64,000 nt of DNA from Macrostomum lignano (Eukaryota): contig NIVC01002766.1 in assembly GCA_002269645.1 (NCBI GenBank), positions 1-64,000 of the forward strand, in the 5' to 3' direction. The notes beneath the pieces were generated by a model that had not been told where the DNA came from, made no database searches, and was given only the letters and a program-made list of their open reading frames with translations. Positions within the stretch are counted from its first letter, which is position 1, and every line of letters begins with the position of its first letter. Position numbers and translations under genes: made by a program. Of the stretch, positions 21,770 to 33,622 are shown one piece after another.

Positions 21770-22822
21770 AACTCTTCAGAACTACCAGAAATAGAGTTGC
21801 ACAATTCCCCTCAGAACTACCAGAAGCGCAGCTCCACAATTCCCCTCAGAACTACCAGAAGTGCAGCTCCACAATTCCCCTCAGAACTACCAGAAGCAGA
21901 GTTGCTCAGTTCCTCTCAGAACTACCAGAAGCAGAGTTGCACAATTCCTCTCAGAACTACCAGAAGCAGAGTTGCACAATTCCCCACAGAACTAACAGAA
22001 GCAAAGTTACACAATTACTCTCAGAACTACCAGAAGCAGAGTTGCACAATTCCCCTCAGAACTACCAGAAGCAAAGTTGCACAATTCCTCTCAGAACTAC
22101 CAGAAGCAGAGTTGCACAATTCCCCTCAGAACTACCAGAAGCAGAGTTGCACAATTCCCCTCAGAACTACCAGAAGCAGAGTTGCACAATTCCACACAAA
22201 AAAACTACCAGTCGCTATTTTCCTTCGCCACGCGCAGCAACGATTTCTCCCCATCGTGTAGGCATCCCAAGCGGAGTAGCATAACAGCAATTACCGTATT
22301 CAGTGTAATTATTCAGGTGCAGGTGCAGAGAGCCAAACAATTTTTCTTTCGTTAAAAGTAATCAGGATTTCGGCAGACAAATGCAAGGCACAAAAAATCC
22401 CATTTTATTCCATCAATGCGTCACTCTGCTGGGCTACCTCTGCTAGTTAGAGAAAATATTTTATTGCTTTTGCAAAGTCTGCTTAGTCTGCTTAGTGGAA
22501 AATTAGTGCTGCAGCTGTGACACATGTGTGACAATCTCTGTTTAGCGACAGATGTGACACACGTTTTCACTCCCTTTCTGTTCTCTGTCACTCCCTTCCT
22601 GTTCTCTGTCACTCTCTTCCTGTTCTCTGTCACTCCCTTCCTGTTCTCTGTCACTCTCTTCCTGTTCTCTGTCGCTCCCTTCCTGTTCTCTGTCACCCCC
22701 TTCCTGTTCTCTGTCACTCCCTTCCTGTTCTCTGTCACTCCCTTCCTGTTCTCTGTCGCTCCCTTCCTGTTCTCTGTCGCTCCCTTCCTGTTCTCTGTCA
22801 CTCTCTTTCTGTTCTCTGTCCC
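21770..22822 (-). repeat. Inverted module copy (35-bp satellite, spacer, GA satellite)
   Basis: Reverse complement of the 11693-13868 module. Confidence 0.92.
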
Positions 22823-22829
22823 TCCCCCT

Positions 22830-24056
22830 GAAGAGAGTGACAGAGAACAGGAAGGGAGTGACAGAGAACAGGAAGAGAGTGACAGAGAACAGGAAGGAAG
22901 TGACAGAGAACAGAAAGAGAGTGACAGAGAACAGGAAGGGAGTGACAGAGAACAGAAAGAGAGTGACAGAGAACAGGAAGGGAGTGACAGAGAACAGGAA
23001 GAGAGTGACAGAGAACAGGAAAGGAGTGAGAGAAAACAGGAAGACAGTGACATTGAAAAGGAAGAGAGTGACAGAAAACACGAAAAGATTTACACAGAAC
23101 ACGAAAAGTGTGCCTGAGAACACGAAAAGTGTGACAGAGAACAGGAAGAAAGTGACAGAGAACAGGAAAGGAGTGAGAGAAAACAGGAAGGTAGTGACCT
23201 ACAACAGAAAGAGAGTGACATTGAAAAGGAAGAGAGTGACACAGAACACGAAAAGTGTGACAGAGAACACGAAAAGAGTGACAGAGAACAGGAAGAGAGT
23301 GACAGAGAACAGTAAGAGAGTGACAGAGAACAGGAAGAGAGTGACAGAGAACAGGAAGAGAGTGACAGATAACAGGACAGAAAGGGAGTGACAGAGAACA
23401 GGAAGGGAGTGACAGAGAACAGGAAGGGAGTGACAGAGAACAGGAAGAGAGTGACAGAGAACAGGAAGGGAGTGACATTGTAAAGGAAAAGAGTGACAGA
23501 GAACACGAAAAGTGACACAGACCACGAAAAGTGTGACAGAGAACAGGAAGAGAGTGACAGAGAACAGGAAGGTAGTGACCTACAACAGAAAGAGAGTGAC
23601 ATTGAAAAGGAAGAGAGTGACAGAAAACACGAAAATATTTACACAGAACACGAAAAGTGTGACAGAGAACAGGAAGAGAGTGACAGAGAACAGGACAGGA
23701 AGGGAGTGACAGAGAACAGGAAGGGAGTGACAGAGAACAGGAAGGGAGTGACAGAGAACAGGAAGAGAGTGACAGAGAACAGGAAAAGAGTGACAGAGAA
23801 CAGGAAGAGTGACAGAGAACAAGAAGAGAGTGACAGAGAACAGGAAGGGAGTGACAGAGAACAGGAAGAGAGTGACAGAGAACAGGAAGGGAGCGACAGA
23901 GAACAGGAAGACAGTGACAGAGAACGGAAAGAGTGACAGAGAACAGGAAAAGAGTGACAGAGAACAGGAAGGGAGTGACAGAGAACAGGAAAAAGTGACA
24001 GAGAACAGGAAGGGAGTGACAGAGAACAGGAAGTGTGACTGAAAACAGGAAGAGAA
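22830..24056 (+). repeat. GA minisatellite with variant units
   Basis: Includes variants (gacattgaaaagg, gaacacgaaaagtgt) also seen at 26560-27560. Confidence 0.95.
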
Positions 24057-24065
24057 TGACGAATG

Positions 24066-25768
24066 AACTCTTCAGAACTACCAGAAATAGAGTTGCACAA
24101 TTCCCCTCAGAACTACCAGAAGCGCAGCTCCACAATTCCCCTCAGAACTACCAGAAGTGCAGCTCCACAATTCCCCTCAGAACTACCAGAAGCAGAGTTG
24201 CTCAGTTCCTCTCAGAACTACCAGAAGCAGAGTTGCACAATTCCCCACAGAACTAACAGAAGCAAAGTTACACAATTACTCTCAGAACTACCAGAAGCAG
24301 AGTTGCACAATTCCCCTCAGAACTACCAGAAGCAAAGTTGCACAATTCCTCTCAGAACTACCAGAAGCAGAGTTGCACAATTCCCCTCAGAACTACCAGA
24401 AGCAGAGTTGCACAATTCCCCTCAGAACTACCAGAAGCAGAGTTGCACAATTCCACACAAAAAAACTACCAGTCGCTATTTTTCTTCGCCACGCGCAGCA
24501 ACGATTTCTCCCCATCGTGTAGGCATCCCAAGCGGAGTAGCATAACAGCAATTACCGTATTCAGTGTAATTATTCAGGTGCAGGTGCAGAGAGCCAAACA
24601 ATTTTTCTTTCGTTAAAAGTAATCAGGATTTCGGCAGACAAATGCAAGGCACAAAAAATCCCATTTTATTCCATCAATGCGTCACTCTGCTGGGCTACCT
24701 CTGCTAGTTAGAGAAAACAACTTTGTTGCTTTTGCAAAGTCTGCTTAGTTAATAAACAGGAAAATTAGTGCCGCAGCTGTGACACATGTGTGACAATCTC
24801 TGTTTAGCGACAGATGTGACACACGTTTTCACTCCCTTTCTGTTCTCTGTCACTCCCTTCCTGTTCTCTGTCACTCTCTTCCTGTTCTCTGTCACTCCCT
24901 TCCTGTTCTCTGTCACTCTCTTCCTGTTCTCTGTCGCTCCCTTCCTGTTCTCTGTCACCCCCTTCCTGTTCTCTGTCACTCCCTTCCTGTTCTCTGTCAC
25001 TCCCTTCCTGTTCTCTGTCGCTCCCTTCCTGTTCTCTGTCGCTCCCTTCCTGTTCTCTGTCACTCTCTTTCTGTTCTCTGTCACTCCCTTTCCGTTCTCT
25101 GTCACTCTTTTTCTGTTCTCTGTCACTCTCTTCCTGTTCTCTGTCGCTCCCTTTCCGTTCTCTGTCACTCCCTTCCTGTTCTCTGTCGCTCCCTTCCTGT
25201 TCTCTGTCACTCCGTTCCTGTTCTCTGTCACTCTCTTCCTGTTCTCTGTCGCTCCCTTTCCGTTCTCTGTCACTCCCTTCCTGTTCTCTGTCGCCCCCTT
25301 CCTGTTCTCTGTCACTCTCTTCCTGTTCTCTGTCACTCCCTTCCTGTTCTCTGTCACTCTCTTCCTGTTCTCTGTCACTCCCTTTCTGTTCTCTGTCACT
25401 CCCTTCCTGTTTTCTGTCACTCTCTTCCTGTTCTCTGTCGCTCCCTTTCTGTTCTCTGTCACTCTCTTCCTGTTCTCTGTCACTCCCTTCCTGTTCTCTG
25501 TCACTCTCTTCCTGTTCTCTGTCACTCCCTTTCCGTTCTCTGTCACTCCCTTCCTGTTCTCTGTCACTCTTCCTGTTCTCTGTCGCTCCCTTTCTGTTCT
25601 CTGTCACTCTCTCCCTGTTCTCTGTCACTCTCTTCATGTTCTCCGTCATTCTCTTCCTGTTTTCTGTCACTCCCTTCCTGTTCTCTGTCACTCCCTTCCT
25701 GTTCTCTGTCACTCTCTTCCTGTTCTCTGTCACTCCCTTCCTGTTCTCTGTCACTTCCTTTCTGTTTT
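24066..25768 (-). repeat. Second inverted module copy
   Basis: Offset about 2,296 bp from the first inverted copy (ORFs at 21739 vs 24035). Confidence 0.92.
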
Positions 25769-25805
25769 CTAATCCATTTAAAAAAAAAACAAGGCCGTCT
25801 TTAAA

Positions 25806-28188
25806 CAGGAAGAAAGTGACATTCAACAGGAAGAGAGTGACAGAGAACAGAAAGAGAGTGACACACAACAGGAAGAGAGTGACAGAGAACAGAAAGGGAG
25901 TGAGAACAGGAAGGGAGTGACAGAGAACAGGAAGGGAGCGACAGAGAACAGGAAGAGAATGACAGAGCACATGAAGAGAGTGACAGAGAACAGGAAGGGA
26001 GTGACAGAGAACAGGAAGAGAGTGACAGAGAACAGGAAGGGAGTGACAGAGAACAGAAAGAGAGTGACAGAGAACAGGAAGGGAGTGACAAAGAACAGAA
26101 AGAGAGTGACAGAGAACAGAAAGGGAGTGACAGAGAACAGGAAGAGAGTGACAGAGAACAGGAAAGGAGTGAGAGAAAACAGGAAGACAGTTACATTGAA
26201 AAGGAAGAGAGTGACAGAGAACAGGAAGTGTGACATAGAACTGAAAAAGAGTGACAGAGAACGAACAGGAAGAGAGTGACAGAGAACAGAAAGAGAGTGA
26301 CACAGAACAGGAAGAGAGTGACAGAGAACAGAAAGGGAGTGAGAACAGGAAGGGAGTGACAGAGAACAGGAAGGGAGCGACAGAGAACAGGAAGAGAATG
26401 ACAGAGCACATGAAGAGAGTGACAGAGAACAGGAAGGGAGTGACAGAGAACAGGAAGAGAGTGACAGAGAACAGGAAGGAAGTGACAGAGAACAGAAAGA
26501 GAGTGACAGAGAACAGGAAGGTAGTGACAGAGAACAGAAAGAGAGTGACAGAGAACAGGAAGGGAGTGACAGAGAACAGGAAGAGAGTGACAGAGAACAG
26601 GAAAGGAGTGAGAGAAAACAGGAAGACAGTGACATTGAAAAGGAAGAGAGTGACAGAAAACACGAAAAGATTTACACAGAACACGAAAAGTGTGCCTGAG
26701 AACACGAAAAGTGTGACAGAGAACAGGAAGAAAGTGACAGAGAACAGGAAAGGAGTGAGAGAAAACAGGAAGGTAGTGACCTACAACAGAAAGAGAGTGA
26801 CATTGAAAAGGAAGAGAGTGACACAGAACACGAAAAGTGTGACAGAGAACACGAAAAGAGTGACAGAGAACAGGAAGAGAGTGACAGAGAACAGTAAGAG
26901 AGTGACAGAGAACAGGAAGAGAGTGACAGAGAACAGGAAGAGAGTGACAGATAACAGGACAGAAAGGGAGTGACAGAGAACAGGAAGGGAGTGACAGAGA
27001 ACAGGAAGGGAGTGACAGAGAACAGGAAGAGAGTGACAGAGAACAGGAAGGGAGTGACATTGTAAAGGAAAAGAGTGACAGAGAACACGAAAAGTGACAC
27101 AGACCACGAAAAGTGTGACAGAGAACAGGAAGAGAGTGACAGAGAACAGGAAGGTAGTGACCTACAACAGAAAGAGAGTGACATTGAAAAGGAAGAGAGT
27201 GACAGAAAACACGAAAATATTTACACAGAACACGAAAAGTGTGACAGAGAACACGAAAAGTGTGACAGAGAACAGGAAGAGAGTGACAGAGAACAGGACA
27301 GGAAGGGAGTGACAGAGAACAGGAAGGGAGTGACAGAGAACAGGAAGGGAGTGACAGAGAACAGGAAGAGAGTGACAGAGAACAGGAAGAAAGTGACAGA
27401 GAACAGGAAAGGAGTGAGAGAAAACAGGAAGGTAGTGACCTACAACAGAAAGAGAGTGACATTGAAAAGGAAGAGAGTGACAGAAAACACGAAAATATTT
27501 ACACAGAACACGAAAAGTGTGACAGAGAACACGAAAAGTGTGACAGAGAACAGGAAGAGAGTGACAGAGAACAGGACAGGAAGGGAGTGACAGAGAACAG
27601 GAAGGGAGTGACAGAGAACAGGACAGGAAGGGAGTGACAGAGAACAGGAAGGGAGTGACAGAGAACAGGAAGGGAGTGACAGAGAACAGGAAGAGAGTGA
27701 CAGAGAACAGGAAGGGAGTGACAGAGAACAGGAAGAGAGTAACATTGAACAGGAAGAGAGTGACATTGAACAGGAAGGGAGCGACAGAGAACAGGAAGAG
27801 AGTGACAGAGAACAGGAAGGGAGTGACAGAGAACAGGAAGGGAGTGACAGAGAACAGGACAGGAAGGGAGTGACAGAGAACAGGAAGGGAGTGACAGAGA
27901 ACAGGAAGGGAGTGACAGAGAACAGGAAGAGAGTGACAGAGAACAGGAAGGGAGTGACAGAGAACAGGAAGAGAGTAACATTGAACAGGAAGAGAGTGAC
28001 ATTGAACAGGAAGGGAGCGACAGAGAACAGGAAGAGAGTGACAGAGAACAGGAAGGGAGTGACAGAGAACAGGAAGAGAGTGACAGAGAACAGGAAGAGA
28101 GTGACATTGAACAGGAAGGGAGCGACAGAGAACAGGAAGAGAGTGACAGAGAACAGGAAGAGAGTGATAGAGAACAGGAAGGGAGTCA
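25806..28188 (+). repeat. Long GA minisatellite
   Basis: Tandem 21-mers with higher-order internal duplications (offset 3,582 bp to the ~23.1-23.7 kb part of the earlier array). Confidence 0.95.
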
Positions 28189-29172
28189 AAACGTGTGTCA
28201 AATCTGTCGCTAAACAGACATTGTCACAGACGTGTCACAGATGTGTCACAGTGGCAGCACTAATTATCCTGAATATTAACTAAGCAGACTTTGCAAAAGC
28301 AATAAAATATTTTCTCTACTAGCAGAGGCAGCCCAGCTGAGTGACGCATTGATGGGATAAAACGGTTAGAATAGCAAATAGAATGGATAGAATAGTCAGG
28401 GAGGTCAGGTGAGATGTGAATAAATCACAGTCCAATAAATCATGCGCCAAGCACAACTGCCTTAGCTACAGCTGGACCTTGAGCACTCGGGCATCTCATG
28501 ATGCTATAGCTGGCTTTCATCCGAATTGCAGTTGAGAAGAAAATCTGCAGCGTCACAGCTGCAGAAGGCGTATTTGCATGATCCGCCCACTGTCTGCCCG
28601 ATGGGCGTTAGATTCTATTTTTAACATGTTTTTCTTCATTTTCCGGCGAGCTAAGTTCAGTTTTTTACATGCCTTGCATTTGTCTGCCGAAATCCTGATT
28701 GCTTTTGACGAAAGAAACATTGTTTGGCTCTCCGCACCTGCACCTGAATAATTTCACTGAATACGGTAATTGCTGTTATGCTACTCCGCTTGGGATGCCT
28801 ACACGATGGGGAGAAATCGTTGCTGCGCGTGGCGAAGGAAAATAGCAACTGGTAGTTTTTGTGGAATTGTGCAACTCTGCTTCTGGTAGTTCTGAGGAGT
28901 ATTGTGCAACTCTGCTTCTGGTAGTTCTGAGGAGTATTGTGCAACTCTGCTTCTGGTAGTTCTGAGGGGAATTGTGCAACTCTGCTTCTGGTAGTTCTGA
29001 GGGGAATTGTGCAACTCTGCTTCTGGTAGTTCTGAGGGGAATTGTGCAGCTGTGCTTCTGGTAGTTCTGAAAGGAATTGTGCAGCTCTGCTTCTGATAGT
29101 TCTGAGGAGTATTGTGCAACTCTGCTTCTGGTAGTTCTGAGGGGAATTGTGCAACTCTGCTTCTGGTAGTTC
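28189..29172 (+). repeat. Module spacer (with ~320-bp extra sequence) plus 35-bp satellite
   Basis: Spacer halves are separated by unique sequence at ~28350-28670. Confidence 0.85.
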
Positions 29173-29299
29173 CGAGAGAGTTGAGAGAGAGAGAGAAGAG
29201 GTCACGACGTGTTTAAAATTTTTAGAATATAGGCCACCGGTTTCAAGCCTCTGGGCTCTTCAGGCCAAAATCAGTCGGCTAAAATCAGTCATGCAAGGC

Positions 29300-29790
29300 G
29301 CCAAAATCGGAGGCATGCCGGGTGGGCTCGGCACGCCGTTGTATTAGGAGATAGACCAGGCTTACGTGCTAAGGCTTGCGATGCTAAACACGTGCACCAC
29401 CTCTTTATTCTGGTGCAGGAATGGCAGGAGAACTCTATCCAATTTAACTCACAAGCCGACGCAGGGCTTCACGTCCCGCATGTGTTCAAGCAGCTCTAGG
29501 GCTGCTGGACTGACTGGGCTCCGGCGGTGGCAACCCATCCGAGGCCTTGGTTTCTGTACGGGCTTTGCCCAGAAGTGAACCTATGCGTATCAGGTACCTC
29601 TGGCCATGTCTCTGAGGAACAGGTTTCTACCCTCTGACCTTAACAGGGTATACGCGCCAGTCCGCAGGCTCCGGAGACAGCCTTCCTGTCTCCCTGAAGG
29701 GCCAAGTGTAACATCCCGCTGATGGACCTTTGGTTCGGCCACTGGTTTTTTCAAGCCGGGCTCTTAGCCGGGGAGCTTCTCCGGCCATTG
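29300..29790 (+). mobile_element. 5'-UTR fragment of a LOA-like element related to the one at 1-5790
   Basis: Blocks gagatagaccagg..gcgatgct and caagccgac..ctagggctgctggactgactgggctccggcggtggcaacccatcc match the reverse complement of 5706-5743 and 5515-5608. Confidence 0.7.
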
Positions 29791-31241
29791 TGAGACTGGC
29801 CATCTCGCTCGAGTGACGCAGAACACGAAAAGTGTGACGCAGAACACGAAAAGTGTGACACAGTACACGAAAAATGTGACACAGAACACAAAGAGAGCGA
29901 CAGAGAACAGGAAGAGGGTGACAGAGAACAGGAAGGGAGTGACAGAGAACAGGGAGAGAGTGACAGAGAACAGGAAGGGAGTGACAGAGAACAGAAAGGG
30001 AGTGACAGAGAACAGGAAGGGAGTGACAGAGAACAGGAAGAGAGTGACAGAGAACAGGAAGGGAGTGACAGAGAACAGGAAGAGAGTGACAGAGAACAGG
30101 AAGGGAGTGACAGAGAACAGAAAGGGAGTGACAGAGAACAGGAAGGGAGTGACAGAGAACAGGAAGGGAGTGACAGAGAACAGGAAGAGAGTGACAGAGA
30201 ACAGGGAGAGAGTGACCGAGAACAGAAAGAGTGACAGAGAACGGAAAGGGAGTGACAGAGAACAGAAAGAGAGTGACAGAGAACAGGAAGGGAGTGACAG
30301 AGAACAGGAAGTAGTGACAGAACAGGAAGGGAGTGACAGAGAACAGAAAAAGAGTGACAGAGAACAGGAAGAGAGTGACAGAGAACAGGAAGGGAGTGAC
30401 AGAGAACAGGAAGGGAGTGACAGAGAACAGGAAGGGAGTGACAGAGAACAGGAAGGGAGTGACAGAGAACAGGAAGAGAATGACGGAGAACAGGAAGGGA
30501 GTGACAGAGAACAGAAAGGGAGTGAAAACGTGTGTCACATCTGTCGCCAAACAGAAGTTTCACAGATGTGTCACAGCTGCAGCACTAATTTTCCTGTTTA
30601 TTAACTAAGAAGACTTGCAAATGCAACAAAATTTCTTTAACTAGCAGAGGCAGCCCAGCTGAGCGACGCATAGATGGGATAAAATGGGATTTTTTTGTCT
30701 GCCGAAATCCTGATTGCTTTTAACGAAAGAAAAATTGTTTGGCTCTCCGCACCTGCACCTGAATAATTGCGCTAAATAATTGCTGTTATGCTACTCCGCT
30801 TGGGATGCCTACATGATGGGGAGAAATCGTTGCTGCGCGTGGCGAAGGAAAATAGCGACTGGTAGTTTTTGTGGAATTGTGCAACTGTGCTTCTGGTAGT
30901 TCTGAGGGGAATTGTGCAACTGTGCTGCTGGTAGTTCTTAGGGGAATTGTGCAGCTCTGCTTCTGGTAGTTCTGAGGAGTATTGTACACCTCTGCTTCTG
31001 GTAGTTCTGAGGGAAATTGAGCAGCTGTGCTTCTGGTAGTTCTGAGGGGAATTGTGCAACTCTGCTTCTGGTAGTTCTGAGGGGAATTGTGCAACTCTGC
31101 TTCTGGTAGTTCCGAGAGAGTTGAGAGAGAGAGAGAGAAGAGGTCACGACGTGTTTAAAATTTTTAGAATATAGGCCACCGGTTTCAAGCCTCTGGGCTC
31201 TTCAGGCCAAAATCAGTCGGCTAAAATCAGTCATGCAAGGC

Positions 31242-31732
31242 GCCAAAATCGGAGGCATGCCGGGTGGGCTCGGCACGCCGTTGTATTAGGAGATAGACCA
31301 GGCTTACGTGCTAAGGCTTGCGATGCTAAACACGTGCACCACCTCTTTATTCTGGTGCAGGAATGGCAGGAGAACTCTATCCAATTTAACTCACAAGCCG
31401 ACGCAGGGCTTCACGTCCCGCATGTGTTCAAGCAGCTCTAGGGCTGCTGGACTGACTGGGCTCCGGCGGTGGCAACCCATCCGAGGCCTTGGTTTCTGTA
31501 CGGGCTTTGCCCAGAAGTGAACCTATGCGTATCAGGTACCTCTGGCCATGTCTCTGAGGAACAGGTTTCTACCCTCTGACCTTAACAGGGTATACGCGCC
31601 AGTCCGCAGGCTCCGGAGACAGCCTTCCTGTCTCCCTGAAGGGCCAAGTGTAACATCCCGCTGATGGACCTTTGGTTCGGCCACTGGTTTTTTCAAGCCG
31701 GGCTCTTAGCCGGGGAGCTTCTCCGGCCATTG
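31242..31732 (+). mobile_element. Duplicate of the LOA-like 5'-UTR fragment
   Basis: Apparently identical to 29300-29790 at offset 1,942 bp. Confidence 0.7.
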
Positions 31733-32810
31733 TGAGACTGGCCATCTCGCTCGAGTGACGCAGAACACGAAAAGTGTGACGCAGAACACGAAAAGTGTGA
31801 CACAGTACACGAAAAATGTGACACAGAACACAAAGAGAGCGACAGAGAACAGGAAGAGGGTGACAGAGAACAGGAAGGGAGTGACAGAGAACAGGGAGAG
31901 AGTGACAGAGAACAGGAAGGGAGTGACAGAGAACAGAAAGGGAGTGACAGAGAACAGGAAGGGAGTGACAGAGAACAGGAAGAGAGTGACAGAGAACAGG
32001 AAGGGAGTGACAGAGAACAGGAAGAGAGTGACAGAGAACAGGAAGGGAGTGACAGAGAACAGAAAGGGAGTGACAGAGAACAGGAAGGGAGTGACAGAGA
32101 ACAGGAAGGGAGTGACAGAGAACAGGAAGAGAGTGACAGAGAACAGGGAGAGAGTGACCGAGAACAGAAAGAGTGACAGAGAACGGAAAGGGAGTGACAG
32201 AGAACAGAAAGAGAGTGACAGAGAACAGGAAGGGAGTGACAGAGAACAGGAAGTAGTGACAGAACAGGAAGGGAGTGACAGAGAACAGAAAAAGAGTGAC
32301 AGAGAACAGGAAGAGAGTGACAGAGAACAGGAAGGGAGTGACAGAGAACAGGAAGGGAGTGACAGAGAACAGGAAGGGAGTGACAGAGAACAGGAAGGGA
32401 GTGACAGAGAACAGGAAGAGAATGACGGAGAACAGGAAGGGAGTGACAGAGAACAGAAAGGGAGTGAAAACGTGTGTCACATCTGTCGCCAAACAGAAGT
32501 TTCACAGATGTGTCACAGCTGCAGCACTAATTTTCCTGTTTATTAACTAAGAAGACTTGCAAATGCAACAAAATTTCTTTAACTAGCAGAGGCAGCCCAG
32601 CTGAGCGACGCATAGATGGGATAAAATGGGATTTTTTTGTCTGCCGAAATCCTGATTGCTTTTAACGAAAGAAAAATTGTTTGGCTCTCCGCACCTGCAC
32701 CTGAATAATTGCGCTAAATAATTGCTGTTATGCTACTCCGCTTGGGATGCCTACATGATGGGGAGAAATCGTTGCTGCGCGTGGCGAAGGAAAATAGCGA
32801 CTGGTAGTTT

Positions 32811-33393
32811 TTGTGGAATTGTGCAACTGTGCTTCTGGTAGTTCTGAGGGGAATTGTGCAACTGTGCTGCTGGTAGTTCTTAGGGGAATTGTGCAGCTCT
32901 GCTTCTGGTAGTTCTGAGGAGTATTGTACACCTCTGCTTCTGGTAGTTCTGAGGGAAATTGAGCAGCTGTGCTTCTGGTAGTTCTGAGGGGAATTGTGCA
33001 ACTCTGCTTCTGGTAGTTCTGAGGGGAATTGTGCAACTCTGCTTCTGGTAGTTCTGAGGGGAATTGTGCAACTCTGCTTCTGAAGTTCTGAGGGGAATTG
33101 TGCAACTCTGCTTCTGGTAGTTCTGAGGGGAATTGTGCAACTCTGCTTCTGGTAGTTCTGAGGGGAATTGTGCAACTCTGCTTCTGGTAGTTCTGAGGGG
33201 AATTGTGCAACTCTGCTTCTGGTAGTTCTGAGGGGAATTGTGCAGCTGTGCTTCTGGTAGTTCTGAGGGGAATTGTGCAGCTGTGCTTCTGGTAGTTCTG
33301 AGGGGAATTGTGCAGCTGTGCTTCTGGTAGTTCTGAGGGAAGTTGTGCAGCTGTGCTTCTGGTAGTTCTGACAGAATTGTGCAGCTGTGCTTC
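32811..33393 (+). repeat. 35-bp minisatellite upstream of lin-28 copy 2
   Basis: Same unit and same exit sequence (gtgcttcttaaggtggtg) as at 13860. Confidence 0.95.
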
Positions 33394-33622
33394 TTAAGGT
33401 GGTGAAGCTCTGCTAAAAAATAGTCTTGAGCCTGATAATTAAGTGTGGAATTTGTTTGGAAAAATCCTATCTTCTGAGCGGGACTGGATAATTGTTCTGA
33501 GGTAATTGGTCTTTAAGCGCTGCAGCTTGCTTATAAAAGACGGCATGGTTTTCTTTTTTAGAATGAAGAAAACAACCGGGCCTATTTTCTTGCATCTAAA
33601 TTATAATCTGTTGTTAGCAGCA

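Larger units (their letters stand above)
29173..32802 (+). repeat. 1,942-bp tandem duplication (two copies; exact ends hidden in flanking satellite)
   Basis: Translated ORFs are identical at constant offset 1,942 (29366/31308, 29627/31569, 29813/31755, 30333/32275). Confidence 0.92.

Noticed and set aside
28571-28578. Octamer ATTTGCAT (approximate position) as a POU site regulating lin-28
   Set aside because: Single 8-mer, 5 kb from the gene, absent from the copy-1 upstream region; chance is likely.
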